DNA of 64,000 nucleotides from an uncultured Gemmatimonadales bacterium (GCA_963730185.1 CAVSQW010000006.1:96001-160000); one strand, 5' to 3'; counted from the stretch's first letter, positions 1-10,278 are shown. Notes: generated by a model from the letters alone, not told the origin. Numbers and translations are program-made.

Positions 1-199
1 GCGAGATGACCAGCGTGGTCCCATCCAGCAGAGTGGCGGGGAGCTGATAGATCAGGCTCTTGCCGCCCCCGGTGGGCGCCACCAGCAGCAGCCGCCGCCG
101 CTCGAGGATGGCTTCGATGGCTTCACGCTGGCCCGGCCGGAACGCGGCGTAGCCGAGCCGGGCGAGGGCGGCATCGATCGCGGGGGAAGACGGAGACAC
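1..199 (-). CDS. recQ: RecQ-family ATP-dependent DNA helicase, 5' part (runs off the left edge)
   Basis: Manual translation from GTG at 199: MSPSSPAIDAALARLGYAAFRPGQREAIEAIL...APTGGGKSLIYQLPA...TLVIS, i.e. RecQ motif 0 (FRPGQ) and Walker A. Confidence 0.9.
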   Translation of the reverse strand, partial: MSPSSPAIDAALARLGYAAFRPGQREAIEAILERRRLLLVAPTGGGKSLIYQLPATLLDGTTLVIS

Positions 200-207
200 G
201 CGGACGG

Positions 208-711
208 TCAGAAAACGGTCTTACGGAAGATCGAATGCCCCATCAGTGGACGGATCAGTGCGCTCCGAGAGCGGCCCAGCAGCACCGTCGGGCCGCTCCA
301 GCGGGCGCCGGAGTCGGCCGGCTCCCGGGTAACCACCACCAGGATCTGATTCCAGTCGACCGGCCGGACCAGGGGCGTGCCGTTGGCGACCGCGCCCAGC
401 CGCTCCACCCGATCGAGGGCCGGCGTGGCCAGCCAGGCCACGTAACGCCCGTCCGCGGCCGGCGGCAGACCGCTCACCGTGATCACCAGGTCGTACCTCA
501 GCGAGCCGTCGAGGTTTACCGCCACGTCGAACGGCGACCAGTGGCGCCGGAGTGCCACCTGGCCGTCGACGTTCGAGAAGCCCGTGCCCGCGATCAGGGG
601 AAAGACCACCTGGGGCGACCGCACCGTGTCGGCCCGGGCCGGATCAGGCGCCCTCGACGGAACGCCTGACCCGAGCAGCGCCGCCAGCAGCACCACCCCC
701 GCCATCGTCAC
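208..711 (-). CDS. Secreted protein with an RskA C-terminal-like domain
   Basis: GTGA overlap with the upstream gene stop (alternative ATG at 705); signal peptide; VSGLPPAADGRYVAW resembles MHGLPPAPAGEKYQFW of the anti-sigma at 53097-53828. Confidence 0.6.
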   Translation of the reverse strand: MTMAGVVLLAALLGSGVPSRAPDPARADTVRSPQVVFPLIAGTGFSNVDGQVALRRHWSPFDVAVNLDGSLRYDLVITVSGLPPAADGRYVAWLATPALDRVERLGAVANGTPLVRPVDWNQILVVVTREPADSGARWSGPTVLLGRSRSALIRPLMGHSIFRKTVF

Positions 712-2066
712 GGCGTGAGCGCCCGCGGCCCGTGATCCCAGTCCTGGACACTGGAGATGTTGGGCACGCCGTACTCCTTGCCGTTCCAACCCTTGAACCC
801 GTCGAGCCGGAAGAGCCAGAGGCCGCTCTCCATGTCGCTCGCCACGATCAGGCCGTCGGAGTTCCGGACGTCGACGCCGAAGGCGCCGTTGAAGGGACTC
901 TCGCCCGACATATTGGCCGCCAGCGGGTCGAGGCCCGCGTCGGGCGCGCCGTGATAGGTGTCGTAGAGGGCGACGGTCTTGGGATGCTTGGGATCGCGGA
1001 TGTCGAACACCTCGATGCCGTCCTTGTAGACCGAGGTGAACACGTAGGGCCAGCGCATCTCGTTGTTGTGCTGGAGGCCGCGCCAGTTCTCGCTCCAGAC
1101 GCCGACCTCCGACGAGGTGACCTGGACCTTGCCGTCGAGCGCCGGACCGAGATCGTAGACTCGGACCGGTGAGTAGTTGTACTCGGTCTGTCCGACCGCG
1201 ATCCGCCCGTCCGGCGACGCGGTAAGCGTGTGGGCCAGGGTCAGGCCCATGACGCCGACGATCGAGGTCACCAGCTTCGGGGCCTCGGGCTTGGTGACGT
1301 CATAGATGTAGTACCCGTTGAAGCCGGAGCCGTAGAGCTTGTCCTGATGGGTGCCCGGATCGTAGGCGGCGTAGAAGTCGTGATAGCCCTCGAGATTGCC
1401 GTAGGGCGTCACGTCGGGCGCGGTGGCCGGCCACGGGACCTCGCCGATCAGCCCCTGCTGGGGATCACCGGCGAGCGTCTTGGCCAGGTCGTACACGTTG
1501 GCGCGCCGGGCATTGACCGTCGTGAACAGCAGCGCCCGACCGTCGGAGTGCTTGTAGGCGAAGACGTTATGAAAGCCGCCCGGGGTCTCGGGTGCCCGGA
1601 TCCGAGCCACCTCCTTGACCGTCGAGACGTCCGGCAGGCCGGTCACGTCGAAGATGATCGCGCCGAGATCCGCGTCGGGGCCGCCGGGCGCGAATTGGAA
1701 CGATTGGATGATGTAGTAGCGACCCGCCAGCTTGAAATACTTCGCGTCCATGGCGCCGAGCCCCAGATGGAGGTCGGGGTTCTCGATCCGCCACGAATAG
1801 AGGAGCTTCGGTCTGGCCGGATCGGCGATCGACACGATGTCGAAGCCGAAGTTCGGCTTGACGATCCGGGAGAGGTACACGTAGGGGCGACCCGCGTCCT
1901 GCTCGACCTCGATGTCCGAGTAGGTGATCGGCGCGTTGGCGTCGGTCTTGAGCCGGCCGAGCACGTGGAGGTTCGGCGTGTCGGAGGGGGAGTGATCGCC
2001 CTGGGCGGCGAGCGGGGCGAGCGGGGCGGCCACGATCAGGCCGGCGAGGAGCAGGGATGGACGCAT
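708..2066 (-). CDS. Secreted LVIVD-repeat beta-propeller protein
   Basis: ATG 2066 MRPSLLLAGL signal peptide; repeated GxxIxDxxDPxxP blades (FDIVSIADPARP, YIYDVTKPEAP, VFDIRDPKHP); C-terminal IVASDMESGL. Confidence 0.75.
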   Translation of the reverse strand: MRPSLLLAGLIVAAPLAPLAAQGDHSPSDTPNLHVLGRLKTDANAPITYSDIEVEQDAGRPYVYLSRIVKPNFGFDIVSIADPARPKLLYSWRIENPDLHLGLGAMDAKYFKLAGRYYIIQSFQFAPGGPDADLGAIIFDVTGLPDVSTVKEVARIRAPETPGGFHNVFAYKHSDGRALLFTTVNARRANVYDLAKTLAGDPQQGLIGEVPWPATAPDVTPYGNLEGYHDFYAAYDPGTHQDKLYGSGFNGYYIYDVTKPEAPKLVTSIVGVMGLTLAHTLTASPDGRIAVGQTEYNYSPVRVYDLGPALDGKVQVTSSEVGVWSENWRGLQHNNEMRWPYVFTSVYKDGIEVFDIRDPKHPKTVALYDTYHGAPDAGLDPLAANMSGESPFNGAFGVDVRNSDGLIVASDMESGLWLFRLDGFKGWNGKEYGVPNISSVQDWDHGPRALTP

Positions 2067-2095
2067 CGTCGGGACTCGTGAGTAGTGAGTGGTGA

Positions 2096-3793
2096 CTAGG
2101 GGTCGACCGCGAAGGCGGTCATCATGCCCGCTTCGAGGTGCTCGGCGATGTGACAGTGGAGCATCCAGCGGCCGGGATTCGTCACTTCGAGCAGGATGTC
2201 CACGGTGGACCCGACCGGGACCAGCACCGTGTCCTTCCACCCCAGATTCTGGTTCGGGACGCCGTCTTGCGCCAGTACCAGGAATCGCTGCCCGTGAAGA
2301 TGGATCGGGTGGTGCATCGGATGGAAGGCGGCCGGATCGTTTCGGAGCCGGATCTTGACCACCTGCCCGACCTTGAACCGCCAGTCGATGTCCATGTTCT
2401 CCCGGCCCGTGGCGACCTCGCGGAGGATCCAGCGCACCTCGTTCGAGGTCGAGAGCCAGTTCATGTTGGGCATCGGGTCCGACCACTCCACCGGCTGGCG
2501 ATAGATGGTGTCGATCGCGATGAACTGCATGACCTGGATCGGGAGGTCGCGCACCGCCACGGTCAGCAGCAGCTCCCGGTCCGGCAGGCTGTCGACCCAG
2601 CTCCGGTAGGGCTCGACTTCGCGGGCCACGACCGAGTCCCGGCGGAGCGTCTGGAACGCCTGGACGGCCCGCCGGTCGGGCGCCCCCGCCTCCACCGTGA
2701 TCACGCCCAGCGTGTCCACGTGGGCCACGAACTTCCCCCGCATGTGGTCGACCGTCTGGATCCGGTTGGTCACCAGGTACCGGCCCGGCCGCTCGAACAG
2801 GGCCTCGACCACGTACCGCTGGGCCGGCGCGATCGGCACGCTCCCGATCCGCATCTCTCGCTCGAACTTGCCGATGTCCGCGCCGACCAGCTTGAGCGGG
2901 GCCTCGCCGAACGCCAGGTTGAAGGTCCGCGTATTCGACACGTCGGTGAGGTAGAAGCGGACCACCTCGCCGGCGTGATAGGTCCGCTCGAAGCGCTGCT
3001 CGCCGTTGACCAGCAGCACGTTCCCGAACCGGCCCATGAGCGCGAAGTTGGCCGCGTCGCGTCCGTACGGCATCAGGTCCTTGCCGTCGATGAGGATGTC
3101 GTCGAGCATCACGACCTCCTCCCGGCTCACGGGATTGTCGTAGTCGGCCCGCTCGGAGCGCACCAGCACGTTACCGTAGAGCCCCAGGTCCTGCTGGATG
3201 TCCTCCCGAACGTGGGGGTGGTACCAGTAGATCCCGGCATCCGGAAAATGCACCGTGTACCAGAATGTCCCGCCCGGCGCCACCGGGTCCTGGGTCAGGC
3301 CGGGCACCCCGTCCGAGCGGTTGTCGATCCGGACCCCGTGCCAGTGCACGGTGGTCGGGAGGTCGATCCGGTTGGTGAAGCGCACGTGGATGGTCGCGTT
3401 CCGCGCCACCCGAATCAGCGGCCCAGGCGCCTGTCCGTTGAAGCCGTACATCGTGAAGGTGTGGCCGGCGATCACCCGCCGAACCAGCCGGGCCTCGAGA
3501 TCCAGGGTATCGCCGTCCGCCAGGTCGACGATCTTCCTCGGCTCGGCCATCGGGAGGGTGGCCGGGTCGACGCCAGTTCCGGGAAGAAACCAATCCACTT
3601 TCGGAGCCACGCCCCGGAGCCCGGGGATCATCGGCTCCCGAATCATCGGAACGATCATCCGCCCGCTCGGCACCGATGGATCGTCGGGGGCGTGCTGGTG
3701 CTGGTGGGGCTCGGCGGCCGGCGGCGGCTGCTGGGACAGGAGGATCTGAGGGAGGCCGGCCAGGAGGGCCAGCAGGGCGAGGCGGGAACGCAT
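2096..3793 (-). CDS. Multicopper oxidase (three-domain, laccase/CueO-like)
   Basis: All four copper motifs: HWHG, WYHPH, HPIHLHG, HCHIAEHLEAGM; signal peptide with His/Met-rich N-terminus. Confidence 0.95.
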   Translation of the reverse strand: MRSRLALLALLAGLPQILLSQQPPPAAEPHQHQHAPDDPSVPSGRMIVPMIREPMIPGLRGVAPKVDWFLPGTGVDPATLPMAEPRKIVDLADGDTLDLEARLVRRVIAGHTFTMYGFNGQAPGPLIRVARNATIHVRFTNRIDLPTTVHWHGVRIDNRSDGVPGLTQDPVAPGGTFWYTVHFPDAGIYWYHPHVREDIQQDLGLYGNVLVRSERADYDNPVSREEVVMLDDILIDGKDLMPYGRDAANFALMGRFGNVLLVNGEQRFERTYHAGEVVRFYLTDVSNTRTFNLAFGEAPLKLVGADIGKFEREMRIGSVPIAPAQRYVVEALFERPGRYLVTNRIQTVDHMRGKFVAHVDTLGVITVEAGAPDRRAVQAFQTLRRDSVVAREVEPYRSWVDSLPDRELLLTVAVRDLPIQVMQFIAIDTIYRQPVEWSDPMPNMNWLSTSNEVRWILREVATGRENMDIDWRFKVGQVVKIRLRNDPAAFHPMHHPIHLHGQRFLVLAQDGVPNQNLGWKDTVLVPVGSTVDILLEVTNPGRWMLHCHIAEHLEAGMMTAFAVDP

Positions 3794-3933
3794 GGGGTGG
3801 AAGATCTACCCATCACGGGCGATTCGCACCCGGTCCAACAGAAACAGCGGTCCGGTCGGCGTCGTAGTTCCAGGAGCGTCGGGGCGCCGCGCGCCCGACC
3901 GAAGGCCCCTTCATCCCGTAGCCTGGAGATCCC

Positions 3934-4545
3934 GTGACCCCGTCTCACCGCCCCCGCGCCGGCTCGCGTCGCTGGCTTGCGGCCTCGTTCCTCGTCCTCG
4001 GGTTGGGTGCCATCGGCTCGGCCCGCACGGTCGCCGCCCAAGAGGTGCTCGACCGGAAGTCGGCGTCGGAGCTGCTCACCCGCTACCTCGCCGATCTCGA
4101 CACCGTCCACGTCAAGATCGTGGCCCTCGCAGAGACCATTCCGGCCGACAAGTATGCCTGGCGCCCCACCCCCGAGACCCGCTCGGTGGCTGAGGCGCTC
4201 ATGCATGTCGCCGTCGAGTGGTACTTCTGGACTCCGCGGTCGGTCGGCGGCCAGCCCCCAGCCGATTTCGGGGCGCCCCGGGAGACCATCCCGAAACTCC
4301 AACAGACGGCAACCAAGGCCGAGGTGCTCGACCATCTCGAGAAATCGTGGGCCCACTGTCGGGCGCAGGTGGCGGGCGCGGATGCCGGGGGGCTCACCCA
4401 CCGGATGAAGATCTTCGGTCAGGACATGACGCTGCCGGAGGCGATGTTCATCATGTCGGGCGACCTCCACGAGCACCTGGGCCAGCTGGTGACCTACACC
4501 CGGTCGGTCGGAGAGGTGCCCCCCTGGAGCAAGAAGGCGGGCTGA
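3934..4545 (+). CDS. DinB/YfiT-family protein (secreted)
   Basis: YAWRPTPETRSVAEALMH...HEHLGQLVTYTRSVGEVPPW pattern. Confidence 0.8.
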   Translation: MTPSHRPRAGSRRWLAASFLVLGLGAIGSARTVAAQEVLDRKSASELLTRYLADLDTVHVKIVALAETIPADKYAWRPTPETRSVAEALMHVAVEWYFWTPRSVGGQPPADFGAPRETIPKLQQTATKAEVLDHLEKSWAHCRAQVAGADAGGLTHRMKIFGQDMTLPEAMFIMSGDLHEHLGQLVTYTRSVGEVPPWSKKAG

Positions 4546-4567
4546 ATCCGCCGAGAGCCGGCCTCGG

Positions 4568-5161
4568 TCACCGCACCGTGACCGGGGCCGCGCCAGCGTC
4601 CGGCGCCCAGTCCTGCCGGGCACTCAGGGTGCCGTCGCCGTTCACCCGGTGCGACTCGACCCGAAAGGCCAGCAGGTCGTCGGTGTCGCCGAAGACATCG
4701 TACGAAATGCTGGCCACGAAGCCGCCCGAGTTGACCGCGATCGGCAGATCCTGCACGAACGTAAACACCCCACCCTGATACTTCGTGATCCGGGCGGCGA
4801 TCTTGCCAGTGGTCGGGTCGACGTTGCCGATCACCAGCTGGTAGTCCACCCCCAGCCCCGAATAACCCGGGTCCGTCGAGGCGAAACCCGTCGCGGGATT
4901 CTCGTCCACGTCCAGGTCGAAGGTCGCCACGACACTGTCGCCCTGGTAGCTGGCCGGGTCGAAGTTGGCCACGACCGTCGCCGTCCGGCCCGCCACCTCG
5001 AACAGTACGAAGGTCAGGTCCGCGGTGCCGCCGTCGCCGGCCACATCCGACGCCTGGCCGCTGGTCTGGCTGACCGAATCGGGCCCCGTGCTGGTGGTGC
5101 AGCCGGCGAGGAGGAGCACCACGAGCGCGGAGGGCAGGGGCCGGCGGATGGGCGGGGTCAT
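4568..5161 (-). CDS. Hypothetical lipoprotein
   Basis: Lipobox LLAGC; DLDVDENPATG motif; coding-like composition. Confidence 0.65.
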   Translation of the reverse strand: MTPPIRRPLPSALVVLLLAGCTTSTGPDSVSQTSGQASDVAGDGGTADLTFVLFEVAGRTATVVANFDPASYQGDSVVATFDLDVDENPATGFASTDPGYSGLGVDYQLVIGNVDPTTGKIAARITKYQGGVFTFVQDLPIAVNSGGFVASISYDVFGDTDDLLAFRVESHRVNGDGTLSARQDWAPDAGAAPVTVR

Positions 5162-5303
5162 CGATCCCTCTCGGGTGGAAGCCGTGGAACGCTACCACGG
5201 TACTCCGGCCGGAACGCCCGGGCAAGCGGGCCCCGGCTCCCCGAGACCGGGGCACGGGCCTATCTTCCCCGGTCTAACCTCAACTACCTCCGGGAGATGC
5301 CCG

Positions 5304-7595
5304 ATGCTCCGGCCCCTGGTCCTCACCATCCTCGTCGCCGCCCTGCCGCTCCAGGCGCAGACCCCCACCGTCACCGCGGCCGACTACGCTCGCGCGGAAC
5401 GGTTGCTCGGTTCCACCGCCAACAAGCTGGTGTATGGCGGCTCGGTCCGACCTCACTGGCTCGAGCGCGATCGCTTCTGGTACGAGAACACCATCCCCCA
5501 GGGCTCCGAGTTCATCGTGGTCGACCCCGCCCGGAAGACCCGGGCCCGGGCGTTCGACCACGACAAGATGGCCGCCGCCCTCTCGGCGGCCGGCGACACC
5601 ACCTTCTCCGCCTGGGACCTGCCACTCACCGGCCTCGCCGGCGACACGGCGGTGTTCGATCAGGGCCGGCGCGAGCTCCGCTGCGACCTCGCCGCCACGC
5701 ACTGCTCGGCCGCTTCCCGATCGCGGCCCGACCGCACCGCGATCGTCTCACCCGACGGCACCAAGGCCGCCTTCGTCCGCGCCAACGACCTCTGGGTCCG
5801 CGACCTCGCCACTGAGAAGGAGACCCGGCTCACCACCGACGGCCAGAGCGACTTCGGCTACGCCACCAACAACGCCGGCTGGGTCAAGAGCGACGTCCCG
5901 ATCCTCCTCTGGTCGCCCGACTCCAAGGAGATCGCGACCTTCCAGCACGACGGCCGGGGCGTCGGCATGATGTACCTGGTCAACACCCAGGTGGGGCACC
6001 CCGAGCTCGAAGCCTGGAAGTACCCCCTCCCCGGCGACAGCCTCATCTTCCGGATCGAGCGGGTGGTGGTCGACGTCGCCACCGGCAAGGTCACCCGGTT
6101 CCAGATGCCGCCCGACGCCCACCGGTCCACGCTCTGCGATCACGTGGCCTGCCGGGGCAGCCAGTGGACCGACGTGGAGTGGTATCCCGACGCCAGCCAC
6201 GTGGCGTTCGTCTCGACCAGCCGCGACCACAAACAGGCCCACCTTCGGATCGCCGATCCCGCGACCGGGGCGATCCGGCACGTCCTGGAGGAGATCGTCC
6301 CGACCCAGTACGAATCGGGTTATGGGAAGGCCAACTGGCAGGTCCTGCCGGCCACCAACGAGGTGATCTGGTACTCGGAGCGCGACGACTGGGGCAACCT
6401 CTACCTCTACGACCTCGCCACCGGCCAGCTGAAGCACGAGATTACCCATGGCCCCGGCCCGGTCCTCGAGCTGCTCCGGATCGACGAGAAGAACCGACTG
6501 CTCTACTTCACCGCCACCGGTAAGGAGGCCGGTGAAGATCCCTACTTCCAGCATTTCTACCGAATCGACTTCGACGGCAAGAAGCAGGAGCTGCTGACCC
6601 CCGAGAGCGGGAACCACACGGTGACGCTGGCGCCCGACGGCCGCTATCTCGTCGACTCGTGGTCCACCCCGACCACCCCGCCCACCACGGTGCTCCGCGA
6701 CGAGCGGGGCCGGATCGTGATGCCGCTCGAGAAGGCCGACATCTCGAAGCTGGTGGCGAGCGGCTGGGTCCCGCCCATCCCCTTCACCGTCAAGGCCCGC
6801 GACGGGAAGACCGATCTCTACGGCCTGATGTACCGGCCGACTAATTTCGACTCGACCCGGAAGTACCCGATCGTCAACTACCTCTACCCCGGCCCGCAGA
6901 CCGGGAGCGTCGGGACCCGGAGCTTCGTGGCCGCCCGGGGCGACAAGCAGGCCCTGGCCGAGCTGGGCTTCGTCGTGGTGGAGGTGGACGCGATGGGGAC
7001 GCCGCTCCGGTCCAAGTCGTTCCACGACGCCTACTACGGCGACATGGGCGACAACGGCCTGCCCGACCAGATCGCGACCATCAAGCAGCTCGCCGGACGG
7101 CACCCGTGGATGGACCTGAGCCGGGTCGGCATCTGGGGCCACTCCGGAGGCGGCTTCGCCGCCGCCGACGGCATCCTCCGCTATCCGAACTTCTACAAGG
7201 TGGCCGTCTCGGAAGCCGGGAACCACGACAACCGGACCTACGAGGACGACTGGGGCGAGCGCTACCAAGGCCTCCTGGTCCGGAACCCGGACGGCACTAC
7301 CAACTACGACGACCAGGCCAATCAGCACCTCGCCAAGAATCTCAAGGGCAAGCTGCTGCTGGTCCACGGCACCATGGACAACAACGTGCCGCCCAACAAC
7401 ACCCTGGTGCTCGAGAACTCGCTGATCGCCGCGAACAAGGACTTCGATCTCCTGATGCTGCCCAACCGCCGGCACGGCTTCGGCAACGAGCCTTACATGA
7501 TCCGCCGCCGCTGGGACTACTTCGTCAAGAACCTCCTCGGCGCCGAGCCGCCGAAGGGCTACCAGATCGGCGCCAAGCACGAGAGCCTGCCGTGA
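5304..7595 (+). CDS. S9B dipeptidyl-peptidase IV family peptidase
   Basis: Signal peptide; DPPIV N-terminal propeller; GIWGHSGGG nucleophile elbow, HGTMDNNV (Asp), RRHGF (His). Confidence 0.92.
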   Translation: MLRPLVLTILVAALPLQAQTPTVTAADYARAERLLGSTANKLVYGGSVRPHWLERDRFWYENTIPQGSEFIVVDPARKTRARAFDHDKMAAALSAAGDTTFSAWDLPLTGLAGDTAVFDQGRRELRCDLAATHCSAASRSRPDRTAIVSPDGTKAAFVRANDLWVRDLATEKETRLTTDGQSDFGYATNNAGWVKSDVPILLWSPDSKEIATFQHDGRGVGMMYLVNTQVGHPELEAWKYPLPGDSLIFRIERVVVDVATGKVTRFQMPPDAHRSTLCDHVACRGSQWTDVEWYPDASHVAFVSTSRDHKQAHLRIADPATGAIRHVLEEIVPTQYESGYGKANWQVLPATNEVIWYSERDDWGNLYLYDLATGQLKHEITHGPGPVLELLRIDEKNRLLYFTATGKEAGEDPYFQHFYRIDFDGKKQELLTPESGNHTVTLAPDGRYLVDSWSTPTTPPTTVLRDERGRIVMPLEKADISKLVASGWVPPIPFTVKARDGKTDLYGLMYRPTNFDSTRKYPIVNYLYPGPQTGSVGTRSFVAARGDKQALAELGFVVVEVDAMGTPLRSKSFHDAYYGDMGDNGLPDQIATIKQLAGRHPWMDLSRVGIWGHSGGGFAAADGILRYPNFYKVAVSEAGNHDNRTYEDDWGERYQGLLVRNPDGTTNYDDQANQHLAKNLKGKLLLVHGTMDNNVPPNNTLVLENSLIAANKDFDLLMLPNRRHGFGNEPYMIRRRWDYFVKNLLGAEPPKGYQIGAKHESLP

Positions 7596-9235
7596 GCCGA
7601 GCCGGCCGCCTGGTCGGGCTGGGACTGCTCGCCGGCGGGCTGAGCGCGGCCGCCGCGGCGCAGGCGCCGAGTACCGCCAAGCTGGCTACCGGCCGGGCGG
7701 GGATGGTGGCCTCGGGGTCGATCTACGCCACCGCGGCCGGCGTTCGCGCCCTCGAAGCCGGCGGGAACGCCGTCGACGCGGCCGCCGCCGCGGCGTTCGC
7801 CCTGATGGTCGCGGACCCGGCCAACACCAGCCTCGGCGGCCGGGCCCAGATCCTGGTCCGGCTCGCGTCGGGCGAGACCGTCGCGATCGACGGCGCCACC
7901 GAGGCGCCGGCCGGCGTCCCTCCGCTGACCGGGCCGAGCGACGACCGGCTGGGCTATGCGGTCGCCGCGATGCCCGGAGCGCCCGCCGCCCTGGACCGGA
8001 TCGTCCGTCGGTACGGCAAGCGGTCGCTCGCCCAGGCACTCCAGCCGGCGATCGAGCTGGCCGAGCGCGGCTACCCGGTCCCCGAACGGCTGGCCGGCAC
8101 CTGGGCCCGGGTCAGAGACCAGCTGGCTCGGAGCGAAGGCGCCGCCGCCAACTTCCTCAAGCCCGACGGCTCCACCTGGAAAGCGGGTGAGCGGTTCCGC
8201 CAGCCGGTGCTCGCCCGGCTGCTCCGGCGTCTGGCCGACTCCGGCGTGGCGGTGCTCTACCAGGGAGCCGTGGCCGAGACGATCGCCCGCGACATGGCCA
8301 GCCACGGCGGCTTCGTCACCGCGGCCGACCTGGCCGGCTACCGGGCGCAGGACGGGACGATCGTCCCCACCGACTACCGCGGCTTCGAGGTGGCCTCGGC
8401 CGGCGGGCGCGCCTGGGGCAACACCCTGGGCGAGATGCTCGGCATCCTCTCCCACTTCGAGCTCCGGAAGGGCCCGCCCGATGCCCGCGAGGTGGAGCTC
8501 CTGGCCCGGATCATCGCCCAATCGCTCGACGACCGGCCCCAGCAGCTCGGCACCCTGAAGCCCAAAGCGGACGGCCTCCCGCTGAACACCCTCTCCTCGC
8601 CCGCCTTTGCGGCCGAGCGGGCCGAGCGGATCCGTGCGGCGTTAGGCGGGGCTCCCCCGCCCGGCGGCGCCGCCCCCGACCACGAGGGCGACACCAGCCA
8701 CCTCTCGGTGATGGACGCCGAGGGCAACGCGGTGGCGCTGACGATGTCGATCGGCCCCTCGTTCGGCACCCGGGTCTCCACTCCCGAGCTGGGCTTCATG
8801 TACGCCTACAGCTACCGGATGCGGTCCGACCCCACCCCCCACGCCCGCGACCTGACCGAGATGACCCCCACCATCGTCTCCCGGAACGGCCGGCCGGTGC
8901 TCACCATCGGCGGGGCGGGCAGCGAGCGGATCCCGTCGGCCATCATGCTGGTGGCCAGCAACGTGATCGACCGCGGCTGGTCGCTGGAGCGGGCGATGGC
9001 GGCGCCCCGGTTGGCGGCCGTGGGCCGCCTGGTCCGGCTCCATCCCGAGTTCCCCGAGGCCGTTCGGCGGACCCTTCGGGCCCGGGGCTTCACGGTGGAG
9101 ACCATCCACCACGGCGACGCCCGGCACGCCGGACTGGTTCACGCCGTGGCGTACGACCCCGCCACCGGCCGGTTCACCGGCGCCGCCGATCGGGACGACA
9201 GCGGCAGCGCGGCCGGCCCCGCCCCGAGGCGCTGA
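7592..9235 (+). CDS. Gamma-glutamyltransferase-family Ntn hydrolase (divergent)
   Basis: GTGA overlap with S9 gene; GGNAVDAA, LQPAIELAERGY, autocleavage site DTSHLSVMDAEGNAVALT. Confidence 0.85.
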   Translation: MSRAGRLVGLGLLAGGLSAAAAAQAPSTAKLATGRAGMVASGSIYATAAGVRALEAGGNAVDAAAAAAFALMVADPANTSLGGRAQILVRLASGETVAIDGATEAPAGVPPLTGPSDDRLGYAVAAMPGAPAALDRIVRRYGKRSLAQALQPAIELAERGYPVPERLAGTWARVRDQLARSEGAAANFLKPDGSTWKAGERFRQPVLARLLRRLADSGVAVLYQGAVAETIARDMASHGGFVTAADLAGYRAQDGTIVPTDYRGFEVASAGGRAWGNTLGEMLGILSHFELRKGPPDAREVELLARIIAQSLDDRPQQLGTLKPKADGLPLNTLSSPAFAAERAERIRAALGGAPPPGGAAPDHEGDTSHLSVMDAEGNAVALTMSIGPSFGTRVSTPELGFMYAYSYRMRSDPTPHARDLTEMTPTIVSRNGRPVLTIGGAGSERIPSAIMLVASNVIDRGWSLERAMAAPRLAAVGRLVRLHPEFPEAVRRTLRARGFTVETIHHGDARHAGLVHAVAYDPATGRFTGAADRDDSGSAAGPAPRR

Positions 9236-9240
9236 TCGTC

Positions 9241-10278
9241 ATGCGAATCGCCGTCACCTTCGACACGCCCTACCCGAAGTACACGCCGGAGGATCACCGC
9301 CGGCAAATGGAGCAGGAGCTCGCGGCCGCCGGCCCGGACGAGCCGGAGATGGAGTACCAGGTGGCCGGGGCCTTGGTCCAGAACGGCCACGAGGTGCTGG
9401 TTCTCGGCGTCCACGGCGACCCCCGGGTCCTCCTCGACCAGTGCGCCGAGTGGAAGCCCGAGCTGGTGATGAACTGCGCCGAGTCGTTCGGCGGCGACAT
9501 CTCGCTGGACCACCTCTTCCCGACCCTGCTCGAGGCGGCCGGGATTCCCTACACCGGCTCGGCGCCGCTCGCGCTCCAGGTCACCCGCGACAAGGCGATG
9601 AGCAAGAAGATCCTCGCCTACCACGGGATCAACGTTCCGGCGTTCCAGACCTACCGGACCCGGGAGCAGGTCACCGCCGATCCGGCGGTCGGCTATCCGG
9701 CCATCGTCAAACCACTCGCGACCGACGCCTCGGCCGGGATCTCGCAGGCCTCCGTGGTGGAGGATCTGGAGGCGCTGGCGGAGCGGGTGGCGTTCGTCCA
9801 CGAGCGGTTTCACCAGCCGGCCATCGTCGAACAGTTCATCACCGGACGGGAGCTCTACGCCGGGGTCCTGGGCAACGACGAGCGGCTCCAGGTCCTCCCG
9901 CTCACCGAGCTGGTGTTCGACAAGGATAAGACCGAGCCCGAGCAGCGGATCGCCACCCAGTCGGCCAAGTGGGTGGAGGGCTACCGGAAACGGAAGGGCA
10001 TCCGGAACGTGTTCGCCCGGCCGGTCTCGGCCGTAGCCAAGGAGAAGATCGAGTCGATCTGCCGGACCGCCGTCAAGGCGCTCTGGCTCCGGGACTATGC
10101 CCGGATCGACCTCCGGCTCACCCCGGACGACGAGGTGTGGGTGCTCGAGGCGAACGCCAACCCGTTCATCAGCAAGGGCCACGAGATGGCGAACGCGGCC
10201 AGCAAGGTGGACCTGGACTACCCAGCCTTCATTCAACGGATCGTCTACGAGGCGATGGCCCGCCACCAGCGAGCCTAG
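9241..10278 (+). CDS. D-Ala-D-Ala ligase-like ATP-grasp protein
   Basis: IPYTGS, DKAMSK, YPAIVKP, VEQFITGRE, YARIDLR, LEANANP motifs. Confidence 0.85.
   Translation: MRIAVTFDTPYPKYTPEDHRRQMEQELAAAGPDEPEMEYQVAGALVQNGHEVLVLGVHGDPRVLLDQCAEWKPELVMNCAESFGGDISLDHLFPTLLEAAGIPYTGSAPLALQVTRDKAMSKKILAYHGINVPAFQTYRTREQVTADPAVGYPAIVKPLATDASAGISQASVVEDLEALAERVAFVHERFHQPAIVEQFITGRELYAGVLGNDERLQVLPLTELVFDKDKTEPEQRIATQSAKWVEGYRKRKGIRNVFARPVSAVAKEKIESICRTAVKALWLRDYARIDLRLTPDDEVWVLEANANPFISKGHEMANAASKVDLDYPAFIQRIVYEAMARHQRA

Noticed and set aside
9241..10278. Calling the ATP-grasp gene ddl
   Set aside because: Not in a cell-wall cluster and its N-terminal domain differs from canonical Ddl; left as Ddl-like.
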